Source of the DNA: a candidate division FCPU426 bacterium
GTDB taxonomy: Bacteria > Oederibacteriota > PGYV01 > Palsa-1178
DNA: 64,000 nt
Direction of reading: 5' to 3'
Assembly: GCA_963840035.1 (NCBI GenBank)
Contig: CAWIXE010000001.1
Span: 480,001 to 544,000 of the forward strand
Made by a program: the position numbers and the translations under genes. The stretch's first letter is position 1. Every line of letters begins with the position of its first letter. The notes below the pieces were generated by a model. That model was not told where the DNA came from, did no database searches, and saw nothing but the letters and a program-made list of their open reading frames with translations. Below, one piece after another: positions 1-10,449 of this stretch.

Positions 1-1
1 C

Positions 2-55
2 ACGGCAATTCCGGAGACGTTCTACCTTAAAGGCGCGATAATTAAGAAAATATAA
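2..55 (+). CDS. 3' end of a gene entering from upstream, probably an RlmI/RlmK-like class I SAM rRNA methyltransferase
   Basis: Translates TAIPETFYLKGAIIKKI*, resembling the PETxYLK C-terminal motif of RlmI-family proteins; only 17 codons are visible. Confidence 0.45.
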   Translation, partial: TAIPETFYLKGAIIKKI

Positions 56-63
56 ATACAGAC

Positions 64-137
64 AGTGGGTGGTTGGTGGTGAGTAGTGGGTAGGCTGCCA
101 GGGCTGGCTACTGAGACTTCTGAGATCACTGAGACTG
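64..137. repeat. Composite short tandem repeat: 4 x 7-mer (RGTKRGT) followed by 3 x 9-mer (CTGAGAYYN)
   Basis: agtgggt ggttggt ggtgagt agtgggt at 64-91; ctgagactt ctgagatca ctgagactg at 111-137; the same pairing recurs at 11946-12040. Confidence 0.75.
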
Positions 138-153
138 TTTTAGGAAAGGCATA

Positions 154-1551
154 ATGAAAAATCCAAAACTAAACAACATCCTCCTCATCAGGCCTGCGCC
201 GGCGCAAGAGCAGTTTGGCGACGAGTCATTCATGCCGCTGGGGCTGGCATACATAGCCGCGGCCCTGGAAAAAGAGGGGTATAATGTCAAAGTATTGGAC
301 CTTCTGATAGATAAAATGGATGAGCCTTCCTTATATAAAACCATTAATGAATTCAAACCTGACGCCGCGGGTTTTACAGCCGTGACCCCTGTTGTAAAAG
401 GGGCTTTTAAGATTGCCGGGAAGCTAAAAAAAATAAATTCAAACATAATAACTATCATCGGCGGGCCCCATGCCACTGCCATGGCTGACGAATGCCTTGA
501 GAATTCAATGGATTTTGTGGTGTCAGGCGAAGGCGAGGAAACAATAACAGACCTTCTATATAATATAGACTCGCCTGAAAATGTCCTTTCAATAGTTTTT
601 AAGAAAAACAAAAGCATAATAAGGACAAAAGAACGGCCTTTTATACAAAATCTTGACACACTTCCATTTCCCGCGAGGCACTTATTCCCTGCCATTTCAA
701 AATACAAAGGCCAGGAAGCCCTTGGTTCCCTTAACCCCGTAGGCTCCATCATGACTTCGCGCGGCTGCCCGTACGCATGCAAATTCTGTTTTAAGGCTGT
801 CTTCGGCAATAAGTTCAGGGCCAGGTCAGCGGCAAACGTGCTCTCCGAGTGGACGCACCTTGTGGACCAGTACAAAGTCAAAGAGATAGCCATAGTTGAC
901 GACAGTTTTACAACGGACATAAAGCGCGTGCATGAAATATGCGACGGCATCATAAAATCTGGAAAAAAAATACGCTGGAGCTGTCCGAACGGCATCAGGG
1001 TCGACCTTGGCGGATATGAGATGCTGAAAAAAATGAAGGACGCCGGATGTTACCGCGTGGCTTTAGGCATAGAGTCAGGGTCGCAGAAGGTGCTGGATTC
1101 CATAGGAAAAAAGATAACGCTGGCCCAGATAGAGGAGACCGTCAGGAACTGCCGCAGGGCAGGGATAAAGACAATGGGTTTCTACATGCTGGGAAACCTC
1201 GGGGAAACACAGGAAACAATGGAAGAGACAATTAAGTTCGCGAAAAAGGTGAATACCGACTACGCGCAGTTTTTAATTGCCATACCATACCCGGGGACCG
1301 CCCTGTATGACGAGATAAAAAAGAACGGAAAACTTTACATAACCGACTGGGACCAGTACGGACAGTATGAATCCAGCGCTTGTTTTGAATATGGCAGTTT
1401 AAATCCGGATCTTCTTTCCATGATGAGCAAAAAAGCGGAGAGGGAATATTACCTGAACCCGGCTTATATTATAAAGCAGTTATTTAACTCTGAGACGTAC
1501 AAATTTCTGCCCAGGAGGCTGAAAGCGGCTTTCAGGGTGGTATTTAAATAG
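154..1551 (+). CDS. B12-binding domain radical SAM protein (class B methyltransferase-like)
   Basis: N-terminal PLGLAYIAA..GGPHAT cobalamin-binding domain; SRGCPYACKFC CxxxCxxC motif; GIESG. Confidence 0.93.
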   Translation: MKNPKLNNILLIRPAPAQEQFGDESFMPLGLAYIAAALEKEGYNVKVLDLLIDKMDEPSLYKTINEFKPDAAGFTAVTPVVKGAFKIAGKLKKINSNIITIIGGPHATAMADECLENSMDFVVSGEGEETITDLLYNIDSPENVLSIVFKKNKSIIRTKERPFIQNLDTLPFPARHLFPAISKYKGQEALGSLNPVGSIMTSRGCPYACKFCFKAVFGNKFRARSAANVLSEWTHLVDQYKVKEIAIVDDSFTTDIKRVHEICDGIIKSGKKIRWSCPNGIRVDLGGYEMLKKMKDAGCYRVALGIESGSQKVLDSIGKKITLAQIEETVRNCRRAGIKTMGFYMLGNLGETQETMEETIKFAKKVNTDYAQFLIAIPYPGTALYDEIKKNGKLYITDWDQYGQYESSACFEYGSLNPDLLSMMSKKAEREYYLNPAYIIKQLFNSETYKFLPRRLKAAFRVVFK

Positions 1552-1578
1552 AATTGTAATTATATTTATTATTAATCA

Positions 1579-1765
1579 GTCATTGCGAGGAGGCGATTTG
1601 GCATTATGCCGACGAAGTCCTTCGACTTCGTTCAGGACCATGAGCCTGTCGAATGGCAATCTGGTAGTTTTTGTCAGAAACGAGATTGTGGTTCGATGAA
1701 CTCACCATCGTGAGCCTGTCGAACGACTTCGTCGCCATAAAACGAGAGCGGCTCCTCGCAATGAC
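1579..1765. mobile_element. Palindromic MITE/RPE-like element (GTCATTGCGAG...CTCGCAATGAC) carrying two nested 38-39 bp inserts
   Basis: Terminal inverted repeats gtcattgcgaggag / ctcctcgcaatgac; inserts at 1618-1656 and 1689-1726; related copy at 18773-18923. Confidence 0.85.
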
Positions 1766-1825
1766 AACAAAAAGACAAAGCCGGTTTCTGACGGTATCAT
1801 TAAAAAAGCACATAAGGAGGGCTCT

Positions 1826-2380
1826 ATGCCGGAAAAAATCAAGGCAGTGGCTTTAAGGATAAAAACTTTGAGGGAAATATCCGGGGAAAGCATCAGGGAT
1901 GTTTCTATGAAAATGAACGTGCCGGAGGAAGCCTATGCCGGGTTTGAAAGCGGGAAAACAGACATACCCATGAGTTTCCTGTATGAAGTGGCGAATTATT
2001 TCAAGGTGGAACTGACCGCCCTTTTAACCGGGGGAGAACCGCACATGCACACCTACAGCCTGGTGCGCGCAGGGTCCGGCCCCGTTGTGGAGCGCAGGAA
2101 AGAATATAAATATGCGGATATGGCCTATAATTTCCAGCATAAAAAAATGGAAGTCTTTGAGGTAACCGTGGAACCGGAGAAAGGCGGAAAAAAAGCGCGC
2201 TTAAATTCCCATCCCGGTCAGGAGTATAACTACTGCCTGGAAGGTTCGTTAAAGGTCACGCTCGGAAAAAATGAGGTAATAATGAACAAGGGAGACTCGC
2301 TTTACTTTGATTCAGCCATCATGCACTCAATGGAAGCCATGGATAACAAACCGGCCAGATTCCTGGCCATATTATTATAG
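1826..2380 (+). CDS. XRE-family HTH + cupin transcriptional regulator
   Basis: N-terminal HTH ([18 protein letters not shown]), C-terminal cupin ([21 protein letters not shown]); typical partner of the downstream AMP-binding enzyme. Confidence 0.92.
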   Translation: MPEKIKAVALRIKTLREISGESIRDVSMKMNVPEEAYAGFESGKTDIPMSFLYEVANYFKVELTALLTGGEPHMHTYSLVRAGSGPVVERRKEYKYADMAYNFQHKKMEVFEVTVEPEKGGKKARLNSHPGQEYNYCLEGSLKVTLGKNEVIMNKGDSLYFDSAIMHSMEAMDNKPARFLAILL

Positions 2381-2390
2381 GAGCCAAAAC

Positions 2391-4067
2391 ATGACGACAA
2401 ATAACGGCAAAGACGCATCGCTGCTCGACATTTACGCTCCGGGCGAATTCAGCTCATATGAGGATTTTTCAAAGAACTTTAAAATAAGGGTGCCGGATGA
2501 TTTTAATTTCGGGTTTGACGTGGTGGATGAAATGGCAAAGAGGTCGCCTTCACAGAAGGCCCTCGTGTGGTGCGACGATGCCGGTCATGAGGCGGTTTTT
2601 ACTTTCGCGGAAATGAAAAAGCACAGCAACAGGGCGGCAAACGCGCTTTCCTCTCTGGGCATAGTAAAAGGCGACGTGGTCATGCTCGTATTAAAAAGGC
2701 GCTATGAATTCTGGTTTCTGTCCGTGGCGCTGCATAAACTCGGCGCGGTCTGCATACCTGCCACGCATCTGCTCACGGTCAAGGATGTTTCATACAGGGT
2801 CAAAGCCGCAAAAATTAAAATGATAATAACGGTCAATGAGGCGCCTGTAATGGAATGTGTGGACGCGGCGCATAAGGATTCGCCTTCACTGATGATAAAG
2901 GCTGTAATTGGAACGGACAGGCCGGGCTGGGTAAATATAACGGAAGCTATGGAAAAAGCAGCGGATGATTTTAAAAGGCCCTCAGGGGACAAGGCAACAA
3001 AAAATGATGATATATTCCTTATTTATTTCACATCGGGCACGACAGGCCTGCCCAAGATGGTGCGCCACAGTTTTACATACCCGCTGGGGCATATCTTAAC
3101 TGCCAGATACTGGCAGAATGTTACGCCGGGAGGGATACATTTAACCGTGGCTGACACCGGATGGGCAAAAGCTGCCTGGGGAAAAATATACGGCCAGTGG
3201 ATATGCGGCTCCGCCGTAATGGTTTATGATTACGACAGGTTCGTGCCGAAAAACATGCTGGATGTCATTGTAAAGCACAGGGTCACGACATTTTGCGCGC
3301 CTCCGACCATATTCAGGTACCTGATAAAGGAGGATTTAAGCGGATATGATTTTTCCGCCCTTAAATACTGCGCCACCGCGGGCGAGCCTTTAAACCCCGA
3401 GGTTTACAGCCAGTTCCTGAAGATGACCGGCCACAGGCTCATGGAAGGCTTCGGGCAGACAGAGACTGTGGTCGCGGTAGCGACATACCCGTGGCTTGAA
3501 CCCAAGCCTGGGTCCATGGGAAAACCTTCGCCGGGTTATGATATGGACATAGTCAACGACAGAGGCCTCTCATGCGAAGCCGGCGAGGAAGGCCAGATAA
3601 TAATAAGGACGGCTAAAGGAAAACCCGTGGGCATGTTTGACGGGTATTATATGTCCGATGAGATTACGAAAAAGGCATGGCATGACAGCATGTATTATAC
3701 GGGCGACGTGGGTTTCCGCGACGAGGACGGGTATTACTGGTTTGTGGGAAGGGCGGATGACTGTTTTAAAAGTTCGGGCTACCGCATAGGCCCGTTTGAA
3801 ATAGAAAGCGCGCTGCTTGAGCACCCGGCAGTGCTGGAATGCGCCATTACAGGCGAGCCTGACCCTGAAAGGGGGCTGGTCGTGAAGGCCACAATAGTGC
3901 TTACAAAAAGTTATACAGGCTCGGATGAACTTGTAAAGTTACTTCAGGAACACGTTAAAAAGGTCACGGCGCCGTATAAGTACCCGCGCATAATAGAATT
4001 CGTAAAAGAACTTCCCAAGACCATAAGCGGCAAGATAAGGCGCGTGGAAATAAGAAAGTCCAAATAG
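2391..4067 (+). CDS. AMP-forming acyl-CoA synthetase (acetyl/medium-chain type)
   Basis: [35 protein letters not shown] motifs; start placed at ATG 2391 after a GGAG RBS. Confidence 0.92.
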   Translation: MTTNNGKDASLLDIYAPGEFSSYEDFSKNFKIRVPDDFNFGFDVVDEMAKRSPSQKALVWCDDAGHEAVFTFAEMKKHSNRAANALSSLGIVKGDVVMLVLKRRYEFWFLSVALHKLGAVCIPATHLLTVKDVSYRVKAAKIKMIITVNEAPVMECVDAAHKDSPSLMIKAVIGTDRPGWVNITEAMEKAADDFKRPSGDKATKNDDIFLIYFTSGTTGLPKMVRHSFTYPLGHILTARYWQNVTPGGIHLTVADTGWAKAAWGKIYGQWICGSAVMVYDYDRFVPKNMLDVIVKHRVTTFCAPPTIFRYLIKEDLSGYDFSALKYCATAGEPLNPEVYSQFLKMTGHRLMEGFGQTETVVAVATYPWLEPKPGSMGKPSPGYDMDIVNDRGLSCEAGEEGQIIIRTAKGKPVGMFDGYYMSDEITKKAWHDSMYYTGDVGFRDEDGYYWFVGRADDCFKSSGYRIGPFEIESALLEHPAVLECAITGEPDPERGLVVKATIVLTKSYTGSDELVKLLQEHVKKVTAPYKYPRIIEFVKELPKTISGKIRRVEIRKSK

Positions 4068-4071
4068 GGTT

Positions 4072-4100
4072 TTGACAAGGTTTTTGATTTGTAATAAAAT
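4072..4100 (+). promoter_or_regulatory. sigma70-type promoter of the glycosylation operon
   Basis: TTGACA-17 bp-TAAAAT. Confidence 0.65.
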
Positions 4101-4137
4101 ACTGCGGCAGGGTTAATATTATGAACAGGGAGAAAAA

Positions 4138-5073
4138 ATGAAAAAAACCATTTTAGTGGCCGGAGGCGCCGGATTCTTAGGCTCACACCTCTGCGAGAAA
4201 CTTGTCAGCGAAGGTTATAAAGTCATATGCCTTGATAATCTGGGCACAGGGCGCAGGGAAAACCTCAAAGGAATAATCAAAAATCCGCGGTTTAAGTTTA
4301 TAAAGGCCGATATCAGGAAAAAGATAAACATAAAAGGGCCGGTGCATTATGTATTTCACCTTGCCTCATATGCCTCACCGCCGTATTACCAGACAAAATC
4401 TATAGAAACGCTCCTTACAAATTCAGTGGGGACTTATAACGTCCTTGAGTTCTGCAGGCAGAAAAAAGCCCGCTACCTGATCACTTCCACGTCGGAAACA
4501 TACGGGGATCCGCTTGAGCACCCTCAGAAGGAAACATACTGGGGAAATGTAAATCCCGTCGGGATCAGGAGCTGCTATGACGAGGCAAAGAGGTTCGCTG
4601 AAGCTTTGACCATGGAGTTTGTGAGGAAACATAAAACAGACGCGAGGATAATAAGGATATTTAATACCTACGGCCCGCGCCTTCAGAAGGACGACGGAAG
4701 GGTGATATCAAATTTCATTAACCAGGCATTAAACGGCGAAGACCTCACCATTTACGGGAGCGGAGAACAGACACGGAGCTTTTGTTTCGTTTCCGACCAG
4801 GTAGCCGGCCTTTTCGCGGCCATGATGAAACCCGGGATAGCCGGCGAAGTCATTAATATCGGAAACCCTGATGAGTTTACGGTAAAAGAAGCGGCGCATA
4901 TAATTAAGGAAATGACAGGCTCAAAGTCAAAGATCGTGTATAAACCGCTGCCAAAGGACGACCCGACAAGGCGCAAACCGGACATATCAAAAGCAAAAAG
5001 CCTGCTCGGCTGGGAGCCCAAGATAAGGTTAAAGGAAGGGCTGAAGAAAACAATTGACTGGTTCAAGGGATGA
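4138..5073 (+). CDS. UDP-glucuronate decarboxylase (UDP-xylose synthase) family SDR
   Basis: GGAGFLG; STSETYGDP; YWGNVNPVGIRSCYDEAKR; DDGRVISNF; DDPTRRKPD. Confidence 0.93.
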   Translation: MKKTILVAGGAGFLGSHLCEKLVSEGYKVICLDNLGTGRRENLKGIIKNPRFKFIKADIRKKINIKGPVHYVFHLASYASPPYYQTKSIETLLTNSVGTYNVLEFCRQKKARYLITSTSETYGDPLEHPQKETYWGNVNPVGIRSCYDEAKRFAEALTMEFVRKHKTDARIIRIFNTYGPRLQKDDGRVISNFINQALNGEDLTIYGSGEQTRSFCFVSDQVAGLFAAMMKPGIAGEVINIGNPDEFTVKEAAHIIKEMTGSKSKIVYKPLPKDDPTRRKPDISKAKSLLGWEPKIRLKEGLKKTIDWFKG

Positions 5074-7376
5074 AAAAAAGGGTAATACTGTTTTTTATAG
5101 TATTATTCATATTTGTCCCGCTATTTTTTTTCCGCGGCGGTTTTGAAAAAGGGAAAGTCTTCAACTCATACGACCTATACACCCTTGACGCGGCTTTCAG
5201 GACCTTCGCACAGGACCAGATGCTTCATCACGGGAGTTTTCCTTTATGGATGCCGTATATTTTTGCCGGCATGCCGGCGATCGATTCGGCCAGCGTTCCG
5301 TTCTTATATCCTTCAAACCTGATAACCACACTGCTGGGGATACCTGCGGCTATGACCTTCAATTACGACATGATATTTCATATGCTGCTGGCGGCAGCCG
5401 GAATGTTTTTATTTTTAAGGAAAGCAGTTTCTGAAAAATACGGCGCTGTTTTCGGGGCGCTTGTGTTCATGTGCAGCGGAATCATGGTGTCGTACGTTTC
5501 CGCAGGGCACTTCTGCAATATAGAGGCCGCAACGTATTTTCCGTGGATATTTTATTTTCTTTACAGGGGTACCACGGAAAAAAAGCTCCTCTGGTTCGCG
5601 GGCGCGGGTTTGTGCATAGGCATGCAGGTCGCCGTCATGGGAATGCAGGTGATGACATATAATATGATGGCCGCGGCTGCCTATACGGCATGGCTGGCAT
5701 TGAGGGAAAAAGGAGGGGTAAAAGGGATTTTGTTCCCGGCGGGCGGGCTTGTTTTTGCGCTCCTGGCATGCTTTATTTTTTCTTCGCCGCAGTTGGTGCC
5801 CCTGATGCAGTACGTAAAGGAAACGTGGAGGTGGGGCAGGGGGTATGAATACTTCATATCCTGGTCATTCCCGCCGGCGGAAACAATTACATTCATCCTG
5901 CCGCAGTTCTTCGGGCTGACAGGCGACACTTACTGGGGAACCAGCGGATTCAACGCGAATACGTTCTATATGGGCATAATACCTCTCCTGCTTTTACCGG
6001 CCGCTTTTGCCGCTAAAAGCAGGAGAGGGCCGGCCCTTTTTTTTATCGTTACAGCCGCAGTATTTTTACTGCTTAGCTACGGCGGTTTTACGCCGCTTGC
6101 AAAATTGACGTACAAAATACCGATAATAAACGGTTTCAGGACTGCAAACAGGTACCTGTACGTATTTACCCTGTGCATAACGGCCGTCGCGGCCATTGGG
6201 TTGTCCAATATTTTTAATATGGAAAAAAAAGAGGAAAAAGCCCTGTTAAAAACGGTAAAAATTTCAGCTTCGTGTTTTTTATCAGCCGCCGTTATAATCC
6301 TGATAATGTCACATACATCTTTTATGTTAAACGCGGTGAGCGGCATTTTCAGGCAAATAAAGGGATTTGAATTGGGCAGACCCGGGCTGGACTACATCAT
6401 GTCCATGATAAAACAGGACGCGGCCGCGTTCCTCGCTATCGCGGCTGTTTTTTACGGCGCAATCATGTTTTACCTGCGCAGGGGAGAAAAATACGCGGCG
6501 GCCATCCTGGCGGTAATTTGCGTTGTGCATGCGGCGGACATATACAGGATAGAAAAACAGTACATAACTTACGTAGATGAAAAACAGATAACGGCAAAAA
6601 TGGAAAAGGCATTTGAGTATTTGCGCGGGGACAAAGACATATTCAGGGTCATGGAACCTGGAGGGTCATTCTTCCGTAACATCAATATATTTTACGGGAT
6701 AGAGTTTTTGACCGGATATCACGCCTTTACGCAGGGCAAAGTACTCAAGATGATTGAAGCCGGGGATTTTAACAAACCGTCTGTGGCCCGGGCCTTGAAT
6801 GTGAAATATTATATACTGGCGAAAGGCCCTGCAGTGCAGTCGTCAGGCGGCGGTTACTCTGACGGCGATTTTACCATACAGAGGGACCCTTTATGCAAGC
6901 CCAGGTTTTATGTGGCAGATGAGGTCATAAAATTATCCGGCGACGCAGAGGCATATTCTTACTTTACCTCGCAGGCCTTTAATCCCGGGCAGGCAGTGGT
7001 AACTGCCGCGGACGCGCCTTTATTTGCCCCTCAAAAAGCCTCATACAGGGTGCGGGTATCCGAATACACCCCGTCGCGCATAAAACTTACGGTTGATTCG
7101 GAAAATGACGGCATGCTTGTGATATCAAATTATTTTTACCACAGGTGGAAAGCATTTATTGATAAAAACCCGGTAAAAATTTATAATGTAAATTATCTGG
7201 TAAGCGGGGTGGCTGTAAAGAAAGGCAAAAATGAGGTGCTTTTGTATTACGATGGAAGTTACCTGTGGCCATGGGTCCTGCTGGCGGCAGCGGCTTTTGC
7301 CGGGTTAACAGCCTGGATTATTTATGAACTAAGGAGGAAAAGTGGCACAAAAGGAAAAGGAAAAAAAGGGAAATAG
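5070..7376 (+). CDS. YfhO-family GT-C membrane glycosyltransferase
   Basis: PLWMPYIFAGMP, many TM helices, C-terminal W-K-A-x-I-D..VN..G..V..G soluble domain. Confidence 0.85.
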   Translation: MKKRVILFFIVLFIFVPLFFFRGGFEKGKVFNSYDLYTLDAAFRTFAQDQMLHHGSFPLWMPYIFAGMPAIDSASVPFLYPSNLITTLLGIPAAMTFNYDMIFHMLLAAAGMFLFLRKAVSEKYGAVFGALVFMCSGIMVSYVSAGHFCNIEAATYFPWIFYFLYRGTTEKKLLWFAGAGLCIGMQVAVMGMQVMTYNMMAAAAYTAWLALREKGGVKGILFPAGGLVFALLACFIFSSPQLVPLMQYVKETWRWGRGYEYFISWSFPPAETITFILPQFFGLTGDTYWGTSGFNANTFYMGIIPLLLLPAAFAAKSRRGPALFFIVTAAVFLLLSYGGFTPLAKLTYKIPIINGFRTANRYLYVFTLCITAVAAIGLSNIFNMEKKEEKALLKTVKISASCFLSAAVIILIMSHTSFMLNAVSGIFRQIKGFELGRPGLDYIMSMIKQDAAAFLAIAAVFYGAIMFYLRRGEKYAAAILAVICVVHAADIYRIEKQYITYVDEKQITAKMEKAFEYLRGDKDIFRVMEPGGSFFRNINIFYGIEFLTGYHAFTQGKVLKMIEAGDFNKPSVARALNVKYYILAKGPAVQSSGGGYSDGDFTIQRDPLCKPRFYVADEVIKLSGDAEAYSYFTSQAFNPGQAVVTAADAPLFAPQKASYRVRVSEYTPSRIKLTVDSENDGMLVISNYFYHRWKAFIDKNPVKIYNVNYLVSGVAVKKGKNEVLLYYDGSYLWPWVLLAAAAFAGLTAWIIYELRRKSGTKGKGKKGK

Positions 7377-9663
7377 ACTGTTTATTATCGTAACTGGGGC
7401 ATCGCTCTTCGGGGTTTTGCTGGCGCTTTTTTACGGAGCGTTTACTCCAGGAACTTTCCTTTTTGGGCATGACACGGTAAACATATACATGCCTTTTAAA
7501 ATTTTCGCGCAGCAGGCAGCCGCGAAATTTCACGACATTCCGCTGTGGATGCCGGGCCTGTTTTTAGGCATTCCGCTTATAGCCTCGTCGAGCCTTCTGT
7601 ATTATTATCCCACGGATATTTTTTCAATACTGTTAAACTTAAACGCCCCGTCTTTTTATACCGCCGACATGATTATTCACCTGTTAATAGGTTTTTTCGG
7701 GATGTACCTGTTTTTAAGGCAGCTGAAAATCAGGAGGGAAAGCGCGTTCTTCGGCGGATTGGCCTTTATGCTGTCCGGGTTCATAGTCACTTACGTAAAC
7801 GCGGGGCACTGGAATAATATAAAGGCAGGGGCGCTTATTCCATTCATATTTTATTTTACTGAAAAGGCGATGGCGGAGAAAAAACTGCTGCACCTGCTTA
7901 ACGCTTCCATATTCCTGGCGCTGCAGATACTTTCAACAGGGATGCAGATTATGGCGTATACCTACATGGCGCTGCTTATTTACGCGGGATTCAGGGCGTT
8001 TACAGGGGAATATACCGCCAAAGAAAAAGTGAGGATGCTTGTCTGGATCGGAATCGGTGCTGTTTTTATAGCGCTTTTTTCCGCGCTTCAGCTGCTGCCG
8101 TCCATGGGATACACGAAATACTCCTGGAGGGGCGATTTTACTTACAAAAATTTCATTTCCTGGTCGCTCCCGCCGGCTGAGACAATCACGCTGCTGCTGC
8201 CGCAGTTTTTCGGGATAAAAGAAAATTACTGCGGCTTCATGCTTTTTAACCTCACATCGTATTACGCGGGCGTCATGCCTTATCTGCTGCTGCCGTTTGC
8301 CTTCATGGACGCTAAAAAAAGAAAGATGGCCGCGTTTTTTTCCATGGGAGCAGTCCTTATGCTGCTGCTTTCATACGGCGGAAATACACCGCTTTACCCG
8401 TTATTTTATTATGTGCCGGTCTTTAACCAGTTCAGGAACCCGGCAAGGTTCATGTATATTTTCACCTTCTTTATCCTTGTGCTTGCCGGCATGGGGTTAA
8501 ACAATATTTTTAATATGTCTGAAAATGAGGAAAAAACCCAGCTGCCCAGAAAATTCCTGAAATATACGGCGCTTGCGGCGGCAATTACAGCGGCGGGGCT
8601 GTTCATCATGGCGCTTGATTCAAACCTGTATGGAATGATAGGGGCTTTCTACAAACAGGCGAAATCCACAACCATTGACGCGAACATGGCCGGAAAAATA
8701 GGGGAAGGCATAAGGCAGGATGTGCTTGCGTTTGCGTGCGTATCAGCCATGTTTTTAGCGATGGCGTGGCTGGTGATAAACAAAAAGATGAAAAACACGC
8801 TCTTAGCCGCGGTGATACTGGCGGCAGTCCATTCCGCGGATGTTTTAAGGATTGACAGCAAGTTTATCAGTTACCAGCAGTTTGGAAGCTATGTGCCGGT
8901 ATCAGACGCGTTCTCAAAGGTATTAAAGGAGGACGATTCAATATTCAGGGTATATGATTTCGGCTATTTCTGGCGCGAGATCAGGATGCCCAACATCCAC
9001 CTGTACTATGGAGTGGAAGGGGTTAACGGAATGCACGGCCTGATGCCTTCCAAATTCATAAAAATGTACGATTCGGGTATTTTCGGCATGCCCGCGGTAT
9101 CCGCGTACATGAACATCAAATATCTCATACTTGAGAGCGACGTAAACATTCCCGGGCTGACAAAAGTCGCGGACCAGGGGGCAAAACTTTACAGGAATGA
9201 AAATGTAAGGCCGCGCTTTGAGTTTACCGACAGGTTATACAGGTACGCGGCAGATGACATGATACTGGAGGATATGAAGAAACCGGGATTTGACTTCGGC
9301 GGCGCGGCAACAACGCAGGAGATAACCCTCGCCCCAGGCAAAGAGGCGCTGAAATCCGCCGTCGCGGTTGATTATTACTCGCCCAACCTGATAAAGCTTA
9401 ATGTGGAAACCAATAAAGAGGCGGTTCTGGTCATTAAAAACGCCTATTATCCCCAGTGGAAAGTAAAAGTTGATAATAAAGATGAAAGACTCTATAATGT
9501 CAATTACGCTTTCATGGGTGTAAAAACAGCCCCCGGCAGACACAGCGTGGAAATAAGGTACTCAAAGGACGGTTTTTATCTTGCGCTGTTGCTGACGCTT
9601 TTAGGGGCGATTGCTTACGCGGCCATATTTTATTATACCGCGCGGAAAAGAGAGGAAAAATGA
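7342..9663 (+). CDS. YfhO-family GT-C membrane glycosyltransferase (paralogue of the upstream gene)
   Basis: PLWMPGLFLGIP; shared FISWSxPPAETIT..LPQFFG block; YYPQWKVKVD..VNYAFMG; GTG start after AGGAGG. Confidence 0.85.
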   Translation: MAQKEKEKKGNRLFIIVTGASLFGVLLALFYGAFTPGTFLFGHDTVNIYMPFKIFAQQAAAKFHDIPLWMPGLFLGIPLIASSSLLYYYPTDIFSILLNLNAPSFYTADMIIHLLIGFFGMYLFLRQLKIRRESAFFGGLAFMLSGFIVTYVNAGHWNNIKAGALIPFIFYFTEKAMAEKKLLHLLNASIFLALQILSTGMQIMAYTYMALLIYAGFRAFTGEYTAKEKVRMLVWIGIGAVFIALFSALQLLPSMGYTKYSWRGDFTYKNFISWSLPPAETITLLLPQFFGIKENYCGFMLFNLTSYYAGVMPYLLLPFAFMDAKKRKMAAFFSMGAVLMLLLSYGGNTPLYPLFYYVPVFNQFRNPARFMYIFTFFILVLAGMGLNNIFNMSENEEKTQLPRKFLKYTALAAAITAAGLFIMALDSNLYGMIGAFYKQAKSTTIDANMAGKIGEGIRQDVLAFACVSAMFLAMAWLVINKKMKNTLLAAVILAAVHSADVLRIDSKFISYQQFGSYVPVSDAFSKVLKEDDSIFRVYDFGYFWREIRMPNIHLYYGVEGVNGMHGLMPSKFIKMYDSGIFGMPAVSAYMNIKYLILESDVNIPGLTKVADQGAKLYRNENVRPRFEFTDRLYRYAADDMILEDMKKPGFDFGGAATTQEITLAPGKEALKSAVAVDYYSPNLIKLNVETNKEAVLVIKNAYYPQWKVKVDNKDERLYNVNYAFMGVKTAPGRHSVEIRYSKDGFYLALLLTLLGAIAYAAIFYYTARKREEK

Positions 9664-10364
9664 AAACCCTTATAGTCATACCTACTTACAACGAAAAGGA
9701 AAACATTAGCAAGATCATACCCGCTATTAAGAAGTCATTTAAGCAGGCGCATATACTCGTAGTCGACGACGCCTCGCCTGACGGCACCGGCGCTGCTGTA
9801 AAAGCCATGGCAAAAAAAGACAGTTCCATTAAGCTTATCGAACGCGACGGCAAATACGGGCTGGGTACGGCATATGTGGATGGATTTAAATACGCAGTTA
9901 AAAACAAATACGACTATATATTTGAGATGGACGCGGACTATTCCCACGACCCGAAATACCTGCCGGATTTTATGAACGCCATAAAAGGCGCTGACCTTGT
10001 GGTGGGTTCCAGGTATGTCAACGGCGTCTCAGTAATTAACTGGCCTTTGCGCAGGCTCATGCTGTCAAAATTCGCCAATTTTTACGCCAGGACCATTACC
10101 GGATTGCCCATGACAGACTGCACAAGCGGATTTAAATGTTATAAAAGGAAGGTCCTGGAGGCCATAGACCTAAACTCTATTCATTCCGACGGTTATGCAT
10201 TTCAGATAGAGATGCATTATAAGGCGTGGAAAAAGGGCTTTAAGATAAAAGAAACCCCCATTATATTTGTGGACAGGATAAACGGCACATCAAAGATGTC
10301 AAGGCGGGTCATAGCCGAGGCCGCGTGGATAGTATGGAAGTTAAAGATGGGGATGATAAAATAA
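9660..10364 (+). CDS. Polyprenol monophosphomannose synthase-like GT2 (Dpm1/Ppm1 family)
   Basis: IPTYNEKENI, VVDDASPDGT, GLGTAY, MDADYSHDP, DCTSGFKC, GYAFQIE. Confidence 0.92.
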   Translation: MKTLIVIPTYNEKENISKIIPAIKKSFKQAHILVVDDASPDGTGAAVKAMAKKDSSIKLIERDGKYGLGTAYVDGFKYAVKNKYDYIFEMDADYSHDPKYLPDFMNAIKGADLVVGSRYVNGVSVINWPLRRLMLSKFANFYARTITGLPMTDCTSGFKCYKRKVLEAIDLNSIHSDGYAFQIEMHYKAWKKGFKIKETPIIFVDRINGTSKMSRRVIAEAAWIVWKLKMGMIK

Positions 10365-10434
10365 GCCAAAAGCTCAAAGCCCATAGCCCAAGGGTAATAA
10401 GCCACCTTGAGCTTTGGGCTCTGGGCTATGGATT
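10364..10434. repeat. Inverted heptamer array (AGCYCAA)x4 - loop - (TTGGGCT)x4
   Basis: agccaaa agctcaa agcccat agcccaa ... ttgagct ttgggct ctgggct atggatt; same family at 12752-12822. Confidence 0.85.
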
Positions 10435-10449
10435 AATCAGGAGGTTTTT

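Noticed and set aside
126..995. 289-aa minus-strand ORF, and many similar antisense ORFs such as 22304-23281, 31212-31787 and 39964-40536
   Set aside because: They are shadows of well-supported genes on the opposite strand, with no motifs or RBS.
1604..1893. Short ORFs across the palindromic element, likewise 15177-15422, 50554-51000 and 52934-53137
   Set aside because: They are translations of repeat DNA with no coding signal.
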